A stretch of DNA of 64,000 nt from Vicugna vicugna (taxonomy: Eukaryota): NCBI GenBank assembly GCA_013265495.1, contig MU057651.1, positions 2,830,948 through 2,894,947 on the forward strand. Reading direction: 5' to 3'. Under the pieces are notes generated by a model. The model did no database searches and was not told where the DNA came from. It was given only the letters and a program-made list of their open reading frames with translations. Positions 40,265 to 51,635 of the stretch are shown here, piece after piece (positions within the stretch are counted from its first letter, which is position 1; each line of letters opens with the position of its first letter). The position numbers and the translations under genes were made by a program.

Positions 40265-40400
40265 GGGTCCCAAAGTGGGTCCCGGAGCAGCAGCACCTGG
40301 GGACTTGTTAGACATGCAGATTCGGGCCCCCTCTCGAATCGGAAACGGAAACAGCGCGGACTGGAGCCGGCCCAGCGATGCTACCGGGAGAGCCTGCTGG
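40265..40400. mobile_element. MER5A-like hAT DNA transposon remnant
   Basis: tcccaaagtgggtcccggagcagcagcacctggggacttgttagacatgcagattcgggcccc...gaatcggaaac resembles the MER5A consensus as I recall it. Confidence 0.65.
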
Positions 40401-41204
40401 AAGCACGCTGCAGTTCGCCCAGCTCCCCGCGCTGCATTCCCGGGGGGCAGGCGTGCCCGCAGGGGCAGCCCAAGCCGGGACCCGGAGCGAGCCAGCCCGA
40501 GGCCCCGGGGCTGCCCAGCTTCATCCCCACCGACCCGCCTCCCAGAAGCAACGCAAGACAGTCTGACTTAGAAAAACGACTCTTCCATGGGGTAGGATAC
40601 AAGGCGAGTAAGTGCGCCTGCAGAGAGATTGGCGCCGGAGGAGGTGCGCCTCCGGGTCCTGTCCTTGCACGATGTCCTGAGGCCTGCCCGCCCCCCCCCC
40701 ACACACACTGCTCCCAGCTTTCCCATTAACAAAGCAGGGAGACCAGTACAGGGTGCGAGTCTGCCGGGACCCGATGAAACCGGTTGCTCCCTCTGCGCAT
40801 GGCCTCAGGGCCATGCGGCTCAGCCCCCTGGCCCTGCCCACCTCGGGCTTCCACCGGGGATGCTGTCCTGCAAGATTTCCCGCCTGCTCCAACCCAGCCT
40901 GCGCTCCCTGCTCAGATGCCACCTCCCCCGGGAAGCCCTCCGGGCTGTCTGTATGAAAGCATACACTTCGAACTGCTCTGCTTGACCTGAGTTATTTTTC
41001 TTCTGAGTATCATTCTATTTGTATATAGGAAATATTTTTAATATAGATTTCTTGTTGTTTGCATGTATTTAAATGTTTATATTTATAAAGAAGTGCTTCT
41101 ATGTTTGTATGCATAAATAACCAAAATGTTGTTTATATATATATGTATATATGGACATATATGTAATTTTTGTTTATATTTATATTATTGTATAAATAAT
41201 TGTT

Positions 41205-41335
41205 GGGGGGAGGGTATAGCTCAAGTTGCAGGCTTAGCGTTCACAGGGTCCTCGGTTCAATCCCCAGTACCTCCTCTAAAAATAAAATAAAATAAAAACA
41301 AAAGTACCTCCCTGGCCAAAAAAGTTTAAAAAAAT
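41205..41335 (+). mobile_element. tRNA-derived camelid SINE (Vic-1-like)
   Basis: gggggagggtatagctcaa...ggttcaatccccagtacctcc plus A tail. Confidence 0.85.
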
Positions 41336-43084
41336 TGTGAGTGGATACATTTTTAATCAGTGGAATATAAATATATAAATACATAAGTATTCAGTTACAT
41401 TTGCCCATGTCTTGTGACCTTCCTGGAACGTGATCTGTGTGAGCGTGGGGCCGTTGTACGCGTCACTGGACTCCCCAGCTTCTGGGACAGCACCTGGCAG
41501 GTGGAGGCGGTGCTCTGCAAATGAAGCGTGCACTGAATGAATGAATCTCTATGTCTTCTTCCCCCCTCTAGGTTCCCCTCCCAGGGTCTTGGGAGGCCCT
41601 CCTTGCTCTGGACATCACATGGGAAAGGGTGGCCTGGGAGGGGCCAGAGCCCAGAAGTGGACTAGGGACTGTGGCCCAGATCCCGCTGAGGTCATCGTCC
41701 ACGGGTCACTGGTGGCTGGAGGGGTCGGGGAAGGTGGCAGGGGAATGTGGTGGGAGGAGGGGACGGGGTGGGGGGGTGCATGGAATAGGCCAGTGCTCCT
41801 AATGGAAGTGAGGCTCAGTAATGGTATCCCAGCGAGACAGTCAACCGTGAGAAAAGTAATTAGAAGGAGGCAGTGTGCCTCCCCCAGGCTGAGGTGCAAG
41901 TTACTCTCCTGGGATGAAGGCCTGGGAACCTCTGATTCCAGGAGGGCCACCAGACACCCCACACCCAGAATTGAACAGCCCCTCTGTCCGGGAGTGGGGT
42001 GGAGGCCGAGGAGTGGAAAGAGATGTCTCAGTGAGGCAGAGGGCGGGGTCGAACTTGCCACCAGCAGGGTGGACGGAGCTCCCAAGGCCGTCGGAGGGGA
42101 GAGTTCCCAAGGGCCGGGCCTGGCGTCTCCTGGCTCAGCTGTGGAGGAGAGGCCCAGAGCCTGGGAGGCAGGGAGCCAATTTCTCTGTTTGCAACCTGAA
42201 CTACTGGCCAGCAACCCCGTAGACCCACCCATCCCTGTAGACCCACCCACCCGAAACTGTGCCACTTGGCAGACACATTCGAGTACCTGCCACAGGCCAT
42301 TGTGTGCGGAGTGGAGGCAGCTGACAGAGCCAGACCAGGGAAGCAGAAGCAACAGGAAGGGGCTTAGCTCTTCCAGACGGCGAGGGAGGCTGAGAACCCG
42401 CAGTCGGTGTGGGCTGAAAGGAGACGCCAGCAGGACGCCCTCCTGGGTTTACTTACCGACCTTCTACGGCAAAGGGCGCGGTTGCAAGCAAGGGTCTGAA
42501 TTCCAGGGGAAGATGTTCCTCCTTGCTTCTTCCGTGCACACACTTTTACGATTCCCTGCATCAACTCGCCCATTTTTAGATATTAACTCACATTAACTGT
42601 TCTATTTGGGGTGTTGTAAATATCCAGGGACATGCTGATAAATCTTTAAAAGTGGCTCCAAAAAAAAAAAAATCTTAGTTTGCAGCATTTGCCAATTTTT
42701 TTGTGGTGGAAATGCTCCCACCTTGGCCTGTCTCAAGCCACCATCATGAGGTCGGGGCAGGCAGGATTAGAGGCTTGTGACCCTTCCCTGCAGCTGCCCT
42801 GTCTCGGCCTCCAATGTTTTGCGTGAAAGTTGAACATTGTCCCTGTCACCCCCCACCTGGAGCTCGGGAGCTTGGCCGAGCCCCAGCTCAAAGGCCTGCA
42901 GCTCCCTCGCCTCCAGGCCGGGTGGGTGTCTGGAGTGCCCGAGCTTCCTTCTGGCCACCTGCAGGGAGGGGTAGGGGACAAGAGACACGCAGGAAGGCAC
43001 CCTCCCGTGGAGACAGATCTGCTGAGAGCAGGGCTGCTCAAACTTGAATACACGCAACACACTTCTGGGGATCTTGTGTGTGTT

Positions 43085-43290
43085 TTTTTGTTTTAATATT
43101 TTTTTAAATTGAAGTATAGTCAGTTACAATGTGTCGATTTCCTGTGCACCGTGTCCCAGTCATGCAGATACATACACGCATTTCTTTTCATATTCTTTTT
43201 TCATTAAAGGTTATTGCAAGATACTGAATACAGTTCCCTGTGCTGCACGGAAGAAACCTGTTTTGTATCTATTTTTATATACACAGTGAT
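43085..43290 (-). mobile_element. Young L1 3' tail
   Basis: ttttaaattgaagtatagtcagttacaatgtg...aaggttattgcaagatactgaatacagttccctgtgc. Confidence 0.85.
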
Positions 43291-43309
43291 TAACTGTATT
43301 TTTCAAAGG

Positions 43310-44370
43310 TCAGCCGTCCAAGTTTGTGTACACATTTTTATTCCTCTTTCGTATGTACCTAGGAGTGGGATTGCTGGACCATATGGTGACCTGGCGTTCA
43401 ACCCGACGAGAAACTGCCAGACGGTTTTCATAAAGGGGCTGCACCGTTTTCCAACCCCGCCAGCAACGTATGAAGGTTCCAGGTTCCCCACACCCCCCAC
43501 AACGTGTGTTACTCTCCGTCTTTGACGACAACCATCCTGCTCAGTGGGAAGTGGTCTCTCGTCGCGGCTTTGATTTACAATAAGGCGGGAAGCCCCATGA
43601 AAAGACCGGCGGGGCCCCCAGGCAGGGCCGCTGCTCTCCTGCCGGCGCCACCCGGCTCCCTGGCCCAGAGGCTCTGTCTCACTTTCTGCCTCTAATGCGG
43701 CTAACTTGCCCCTAAAGTTCTATTGGTTCCCTGCGCTCACTCCTGATTGGTTATTACTCTCGCTTCTGATTGGCCCACTTCCCTAACTTCTGATTGGTCC
43801 ATTTGTAGTACTTCATTTGCATGGAGCTCACTCCTGATTGGGCTATTTCTACAAAGCTTGTTATCCTGGTTGGTTGTTATACTTTATTTGCATACGATGT
43901 TGCAAAGTGTAAACTGTCAGCCTATAAAGGCCTGTGTAAAGTTGCAGTTGGGGTCCACAACTTGGAGTGTTAATTTTTGTGGGTCCGCTGGCGTATTAAC
44001 CTGAGTTCTCCAACTTTGCCAGTGCTGTTTGGTCTGTCGCCCGGATCCAGATTGCTGTCACAACTGAGCCGTAACACGCTTTTCCGCAGCAACGTTTCTG
44101 TGACGTTGAAGAACGTTTCGTGAGCTTTTCGGGTATGCTGTGTGTCTTCTTCGGAGACCTGTTATTCGAGTCCTTCGCCCGTTTTGAAAATTAGATTGTG
44201 TTTATATTTTCGAGCTGTGAGAGTTCTGTATGTGTTCTCCACACAAGTCCCTTATCTTAAAGGTATGTGTGGAAGCACAAAGTGTTGTATTTTTGATGAA
44301 GTTCCATTAACTTATTTATTTTTCTTGTATTGCTTGTTCCGTATCTAAGAAATTACTGCCTAATCAAAGG
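43310..44370 (-). mobile_element. Old L1 ORF2 C-terminal fragment interrupted by an LTR
   Basis: ORF 43303-43500 (KTVWQFL...PYGPAIPLLGTY) is the L1 ORF2 C-terminus. The L1 sequence resumes after 44091. Confidence 0.8.
43581..44091 (+). mobile_element. ERV solo LTR, CCAAT/octamer-rich family, copy B
   Basis: Colinear with 3888-4383 end to end. TATAAA at 43923-43928. Inserted into an L1. Confidence 0.85.
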
Positions 44371-44984
44371 TCTATTTGTAGGGAATTGCAGTCTATTGAC
44401 CATCCTTTTTAAAAAAAAACAATTATAGTATATTTTTTAATAATTTATGGGTAATGCCAAGGGCAGAAAAAATTGGGAAATAGCTGTCATGTGTCTTAAG
44501 GGACTTGTGCCCCCTCCTTCTGCAGCTTATTCTTCAACTGAGAGCTCTTAAAAATAGCTCTTTGGAGACTAGTCTGTTGCTCCTTCTCAGGGCTAATTCC
44601 ATCTGAATAGCTACCAGACATCAAATCCAAGGCATGGAACCCACAAGGTGGTGTCAGGTATTAGCCACTGAGGGGGAAGTGGCAGGGGAGGGGTTCTCAT
44701 GCCCGGGAGTCCTGAAGCCTCTGTCAAGGTCATACGTCCCCCAACCCAGAGAGTCGCTCAGCAGAACAGAAGCCAGAACAGGAACCGAGACGGCTGAAAC
44801 GGATGCCTGGTTCTGGGCTGTTCCTGGGTGAAGCCTTGGGTACACCGAGTCAAAATCACAGCTCTGTGGGCTGACTCAGCCCTCGTCACCATCCCTGCCT
44901 GATGTCTCTTGGACCCACCGCCAGCACCTCCCCGTGGACTCTTTCTGCTTCTGTCTCATCTAGTAACCATAGACAAATACCTAT

Positions 44985-45360
44985 AGATTGAATTATTAAC
45001 CATATTTAAAGTCCACATTTAAGGACAGTTACCAGGAGCAAAGCACTGTGGTAAATTCATTAATGCTAATTACAGAATTTTTTTTCCGACTGCACATACA
45101 CCTTATATTGCATGTAAATACATATTTACAGTCTGCTGCACAATTTTTAGTTTCCATATATGTGCTAATAATTGTTTCTAAGAACAGATTAGAGATTTAG
45201 CTTTTTAAACATACGTAGTTATCAAAGGAATAAAGCCAACTACAAAATAAGAATCAACAAAATGTGGTTTTCCGATCGTAAAGGACACTCAGATGTGCTT
45301 ACACGTATTCAAGAAATTAATCGTCTTAGTCACAAATGATAATTAGTTCATTTGTGTCAT
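44985..45360. other. AT-rich ancient conserved-repeat-like element (MER121-like, tentative)
   Basis: About 375 bp, non-L1, AT-rich, with several palindromes. agatttagctttttaaacatacgtagttatcaaaggaataaagccaac resembles my recollection of MER121; not verified. Confidence 0.45.
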
Positions 45361-46931
45361 TATTATTATTGCTATTATTTTTTTGATTCTGCATATGGTA
45401 TTTTTCTTTTAAAGTGTTCTAGGGATGAAGAAAAAAAATTAAAGAATTTGGAGAGTTATTCAAGTCACCTACGGGGACACAGAACAAGGATTTGAGCCCA
45501 GGAAAGTTTACCCGAGAACCATTTTTCTCTGCCACTTTGCAAACACAAGGGCTTGAAATCTGTGCTTCACACCCAGGTCCCCTGCGAACCGTTCAACACA
45601 GAGCAGTCGCCGTGTCTTGTGTTTGTCGGCAAATGTGTGCAGGACTCACCGCCAAGCAGCCTGTGGGGAGAACGTGTGGGTCTGACCAGCCTGCTCCGTT
45701 GTCATGAAACTTGTGTTTTCGCGTCCAGCTGTCCTAATTTGTTTCCTGGTGAGATCCATACCCAGGGCTGTTTTTGTTAAAGGGAAGCATCTCTTGGGCT
45801 CTTGGCCGAGACATTCAGCCCCTGAATTTATGTAAGTGCACCTCCCTGATCAGCCCTTACAAGGATTATGCAGTGGGGTTTAAGATTCCTTGCAGCGTTT
45901 TCTAGAAATATGAGCTCTTCAGGACATGCATCCTTGGAGGTTGGGCTGGAGAGGATTTTCTGACTTCTTAACAAAGTGTGTTCTGTCTTACGCACGATTT
46001 TGCCTTCGAGAACTTGGCAGGTTTTAAGCCAGGTGAACGAGCAGAACACGCTGGTTTACCAGTAAGAGAACCGCTCTCATTTCAGTCGCATTCCGTTCTG
46101 ATGGCGTTCCTCAAACCAAAGCTGGGGTCAGCCGCGTCCCGTACCGTGTCACACTTTCCTGGGTGTTAAAAACTCTGTTACCAAGCACGGTCCAGCCAAT
46201 GAAATATAATGACACTTCTGAATTTCAGGTTTCTGGGTTTGAATATTAGTGGTCTGTTGTGTCCACCTATGGCCTGCTTCTCAAGATGATTTCATCTTTT
46301 TAGTGTGTCTGTGGGCTGCTTTATTAAAGAGGAGAAAGAGGAAGGAGTGGTGGGTTCTGGATTCTTGTATTCCCAAACATTTGCTCCAGAGGCGGGCTTC
46401 CTGCTGGCACCAGCGCTGTGTTTACCTCCAGCCTGAGGCCAGTCTGGGTGGACAGGGGGAGCTGCCCGGGGTCACAGCTCCCGGGGAACCTCCTGGAAGC
46501 CACTCATCCTAAGGGTGGAGGGGAACACACACAGGAGAAGCTCACGGAAAGGAGCAGCTGTGTCATCAGCAGGGTGGGGGGTTCTGAGCCTCACACAGTG
46601 TCACGCTGCAGACGGGGACCCGGCCCAGACCTCGGGGACACTTGTGACTCTAGCAGGTATAAGAGACAGGAGTGTCTGAGCTGCTGCGCTTTGAGGTACA
46701 GGTTGAAGGAAGGTCCTGGCTGCAAGGTGACTGTCACACCAGCACCGAGGAGGGACAGAGCTGCAGGAGGGAGCCCAGAGTGAGGGGGGGGGGGGGGGTG
46801 CAGCACGGGGGCAGGACCACCACCCAATGTGCACAGCACGAGAGCACTCTCGGGGGAGTCCCCGAGCTCTAGATGGCTTGGAGTCTCTTAGGGGTCGTGG
46901 GATAGAGGCAGAGGGACATTGTCTTTTGTTC

Positions 46932-48472
46932 CAACTTCATTGAAATACCATTGACATCCAACACTGTGTAAGTTTAAGGTGTGCATCGAAGTGACTTGAT
47001 GTATGCATACGTTGCAAAATGGTTACCACAATGAGGTCGGTTAACACATGCCTCACCTCACATCGTCACCATTTTTTATCTGTGTGATGAGAATTTTCCA
47101 GATCTCCTCTCTTGGTAATTGTCAAATATTCAATAAAGCATCATTAACTGTGGTCACCAGGCGGTATGGTCCACTCTCAGAACTTCTTCAGCCCATGCCT
47201 GGAAGATGCACTCTTTGACTACCTTCCTGTTTCCCCGCCACCCCTGGTGGTCGCCAGTCGGTTCTCCGTTTCTGCGACTCCATTTATAATAAATAAGGGA
47301 GATCATTACGGCATTGATATTTCTCTGTCTGACATACGTCACTTAGAACAATGCTCTCAAGCATCGCCCATGTTGTATGATGCAAGATAGCGATCCAGTT
47401 TCACCCTTCTGCAGGCGGCTGTCCAGTTTCCCCAGTGCCATTTACATAGGACTCTGTCCTTTTGCCTTGCATATCCTTGGCCCCTTTGTCATAAATGAAT
47501 TAACCATCTCCCTGTGGGTTTACTTCTGGGCCCTCAATTCTGCCCTACGCATGGAGCTGTGTGTCTGCTCTCACGCTAATGCCATACTGTTTTAATTGTT
47601 GTAGCTTTGTGATACTGTTTGAAATCAGCGAGCATGATGTTGAGAGCTTAGTTCTTCTTTCTCAAGCTTGTTTTGGCTTTTCAGGGCCTTCGGTGGCTAC
47701 AGACGAACTGTAGGATGGATTGTTCCATTTCTTTGGAGAACGACACTGGGATTTTGATGGAGATTGCATTGAATCGTAGATTGCACTGAGCTGCATGCAC
47801 ATTTGAACAGTATCAACTCGTCTAGTCCATGAGCAAGGAATATCTTTCCAGTGATCTGTGTTTTCTTTCATTCATTAATGTCTTGCAGTTTTTAGTATAC
47901 AAGCCTTTCATTTCCTTGGTTAAATTTATGGCTAGGCATTTTATTTTCCGTAGTGCAATGTTCAGTGGGATTGTTTGCCTAACTTCTCTTTCTGATCGTT
48001 TATTATTGGGTTAAAGAAACACCGCAGGTTTTTGCGTACTGATTTTGTAACCTGCAACGTTTTTACTGAATCCATTTATTAGTTGTAACCGTTTTGGGAT
48101 GGAGTCTTTAGGGTTTTTGCTATACCGTATTATGTCATCTGCAAATAGAGACCTTTTTGCTTCGTTTCCAATTTGAATGTTCTGTTGTTGTTTTTGTTTG
48201 TTTTGCCTAATTGCTCTGACTGTGCTGAATAACAGTGAGGGCAGAGGCGACCTTGTCTTGCTCCTGATCTTAGGGAGAATCCTTTTGGCTTTTCACCACT
48301 GAGCATCATGTCAGCTGTAGGCTTACCATAATGGCTTTTGCTACGTGAGGTATGTTCCCTTTATACCAACTTTGTTGAGAGTTTTATCATAAATGGGTGT
48401 TGAATTCTGTGGAACGCTTCTTCTGTATCTATTGAAACAATTATGTGATTTTTACTATTTATTCTGTTAATG
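46932..48472 (-). mobile_element. L1 (L1MA/MB-like): 3' UTR plus ORF2 fragment with internal deletions
   Basis: 3' UTR at 46932-47380. ORF 47662-47871 (WKDIPCSW) and 48361-48666 (KNHIIVSIDTEEAFHRIQHPFMIK) match L1 ORF2. Confidence 0.88.
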
Positions 48473-48719
48473 TTCTTTTTTCTATTGCAGGATCCAATCC
48501 AGGGTCCCACACTGCATTTATTTGCTACATCACGGTAGCCTCTTCCAATGTGATGGTGCCTCCATATTATGATAATTTCTTTTTTTTTTGGTGCAGCGTC
48601 CCCCAATTCAGGTGTGTCTGGTGTTTTCTGATAACTCAATAAAGGCATTTTTGGCAAGAACACCATAGACTTCTAGAATTTTTAAGCTGATTGGTTCCTA
48701 TGTGACATAACATTCTGAG

Positions 48720-48890
48720 CATTTTTTAAAAAGACATATTAACTTATTTAACATCCGCCAAACCCTTACCTGAAGTAATGATTTACTCCCATTTTACAGA
48801 TGAGAAAACTGGTGTGTTGAGTCACGGCCAGAGCTCACACCGTTCGCAGGGACGCCGTTGGGACCCGAGCCAACTGAAAGCTGTCAGTTC
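48720..48890 (-). mobile_element. MIR SINE
   Basis: Core cccattttacagatgagaaaactg. Confidence 0.7.
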
Positions 48891-49109
48891 TATCCTGTCC
48901 TTGAAAGTTAATCTCACTGTATGTGTTGCAACTAACGTGGGACTGAGCCTGGGACCGTGAAAAGTGGGGACGAAAGACGGGGCTATTCAACACTCCACCC
49001 TTTGCCCAGCAATTAATGGCTTGATTTTCCCTTACGTGCAAGAGACATTTGCATGGCAAACCAGTTAACATTCTGTTAAATATTGACCTAAACCCCAACA
49101 GGGCGTGTA

Positions 49110-49460
49110 GCTCACTTACAAAATCCCTTGAACAAGGAGTTTTTTCCACGTAGGCCTGTTGGGTTGCAAGGGGGGGTGGATACACATTCCAGGCATGTCG
49201 GTGGCACGGGCCAGAGAGTACCTGGCATGGCCATCAATGCATCAGAGATGCTTGGAGCAATGGAACAGGTGTTCTTCGGTGGTTGGGCCCAGGCCCCGTA
49301 TTGTTTGACATCTTGATCAACGACCTGGGTGAGACGGGATGGAAAGCATGCTTTGTACGTGTGCAGGGGACACAGAGCTCGGGGGACAGGCAGGGCCCCG
49401 GAGTAGAGAGTCATCATTTCAGCGAGGACCTTGGCCTGCCTGCACCGATGAGATGCCACG
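49110..49460 (+). mobile_element. CR1/L3 LINE reverse-transcriptase fossil
   Basis: Frameshifted translation GPVLFDILINDLG / GMESMLCTCAGDTELGG parallels CR1 RT GPVLFNIFINDLD-GIE-TL-KFADDTKLGG. Confidence 0.75.
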
Positions 49461-49767
49461 GGTGGAGAAGAGTCTTAGAGAAGGAAGGAATTATCAAGCA
49501 GGTGGTAAATAAAAGCTGGTCAGCTGACAGGGGCAGAGGTCAGAGCAGAGCAAAGATGGGCACCCGCGGGATGATGGCGGGGTGATGGCATGAGGTGTGG
49601 GCGACCTCACAGAGACAACGTGCCTCCAACAGAGTCCAGGGAGGGAGGAGGAAAGCTTGAGCTGTCTCTCTTGTGAGGGATGCCCACGCCGTAGCTGGCA
49701 GGTGCTGAATCCGGGGCACTCCCGGGTACAAAAGCCTTTCCATGCCCCACCTCCCATTGTTTTGTTT

Positions 49768-50080
49768 GTGGGAAACAGGCTTCCTTCAGCTTCCTGGACC
49801 GTCCCTGAGTTCCAAAGGGCAGATCCAAAGAGCTGCTAATCAGGGGAGTGAGAGAATGCAGAGACACGGGAGGAACAGTCCAAAAAAAAGGTTAACTACG
49901 CGATGGCCATGAGCACGTAGGTCGCCCTCGGACCTCCAGGGACGCGGGGGTTGGTGGTGACCCCGCCCCATCACCTCACCACCAGCCAATCAGAGAACTG
50001 CACAAGGGGGTCACTTACGCTGTGATGTTCCCCCATCCCCTGAGCTTTATAAATGCTTCCTTAAAACCCATTAGGGATTT
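49768..50080 (+). mobile_element. ERV LTR fragment (U3 with CCAAT and TATA, 3'-truncated)
   Basis: cagccaatcagagaactg...ctttataaatgcttcc...aaacccattaggga. Confidence 0.6.
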
Positions 50081-50789
50081 TTTTGTTTGTTTGGTTTTTT
50101 TTTCTTTGCTTCCTTTTAATGTAAACAGAATACACAAACACATTCAAAACCCCAACATGACGCAAGAGAAGACACACAGATTTATATACAGGTAATTACA
50201 GACCTTTGCAAATCCAGGAAAAAAAAAATGGCACCTCTGGTCAAAGGAACCATCTCCTCCTGCTCCAACCTTGTCCCAAACCGAAGTGCTAAGGCGGCTG
50301 CAGGAGCCTTTGCAATTGCTTCTGGATGAAACTTAGCAGAAGGCTGGAATGACATCAAACACCACCCCCCAAAGCAAAACCAAGGTTCTGACTTTCTGGC
50401 CCTGGCTCTCACCCGAAGACCTCCCCCTTGGCAAGCTGACCCGCCAGGGATTTGCGAGTCTCAGGAAGAGTCAAGGGTTTGGAGCACCCGGCTGCCCTGC
50501 ACGCCTTGCCTGGTGCCTGATAAGCCCTGCACCTTCCTCCACCTGCGGTCACAGACCGCAGACAACCTGGTGTCAGTGGACTGGCTTGACTGTGCATGGG
50601 TGAGCGGACCCAAGTTCGCTTCCATAACAATACGGTGGAACATAAACACCAGGAGCAGGCAAAATAATACATCAATGAATTCTTAAAGGGCACAGAAAGT
50701 AAATGTCAATATAGATTTTAAAAAAAAGTGAATTATCAACATAGCCCGTGCAGAACGCAATGTAAGTCCAGCAGACAGAGCTCTAAATA

Positions 50790-50925
50790 GGGGGAGTGGA
50801 TGGCTCAGGGGTAGAACATGTGCTCAGCATGCACGAGGTTCTGGGTTCCATCCCCAGCACCTCCATTAAAAAAATTAAAAAAAAAAATTCTAATTACCTC
50901 CCCCCACAAGAAGGAAAAAAAAAAG
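50790..50925 (+). mobile_element. tRNA-derived camelid SINE (Vic-1-like)
   Basis: SINE head plus ctaattacctccccccc tail. Confidence 0.85.
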
Positions 50926-51514
50926 GACACCAAAGTCTTGTCCATGCCATGAGGCAATCTTTACACCATATTCATCGTCTGTCCTTTGAATGTCAAACAA
51001 ACTGGAAAACAAAAAATAAATATCAATATATTTATAGAAATAAGGTGTGTATACAGTGGGGATGTCTTTCCTGTAGTTTTTTGTTTTGCTGTAAGTCCCA
51101 TCGCATGAAGTTCCCCCTTCCAAAGTCCTTCTTCGCCGATGGTTAGACTGAAAGCACATCTCAGCCTACGAATGAGGTGGCAGAAAACGTGAAAACTAAC
51201 TAACAAACTGGATTTGAGTAGCTTGAGAGCAGAAACGTTTTAACCCAGAACCCGGTGGGGAATTATCACGGCGGAACGGCCGATTTCCTTACCGTAATGG
51301 TTGATAAAGTCAGGAATGATGCTCCCTCACCTTCCCCATAAAGACTTGAAATTAAGATCAATTCTGATCTTTCTGGAGAGGCATGAAAGGGGCCTTCCGT
51401 GGCAGGAAGATTATATCTGAAGATCTGAAGGTCTCTGTGTGTTATTTGTCGGTCCTCTGAGTGTGTCACGTTGACCCGTGTGAACTCGTAGAGAGGATGA
51501 CCCACGAGTAAAAC

Positions 51515-51635
51515 AATGATTCTATGTATGTTCACGTATCGCTGAAAAATCGTGCTCTACACTGGAAATTGACACCCCATTGTAAACTGACTGTAACTCA
51601 ATAAAATAAAGTTAAAAAAACAACAAAAACAAAAT
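51515..51635 (+). mobile_element. Young L1 3' tail
   Basis: tatgtatgttcacgtatcgctgaaaaat...ttgtaaactgactgtaactcaataaaa. Confidence 0.75.

Larger units (their letters stand above)
38750..40950. promoter_or_regulatory. CpG island / COBL promoter
   Basis: Very high GC and CpG density around exon 1, GC boxes (ggggcggg near 40030-40045) and a GCG triplet run. The TSS probably lies in the N gap. Confidence 0.9.

Noticed and set aside
38988..40571. 527-aa, 386-aa and 227-aa ORFs across the CpG island
   Set aside because: They span the N gap and reflect stop-codon scarcity in GC-rich DNA. Only the last 14 codons of the minus-strand ORF are real (COBL exon 1).
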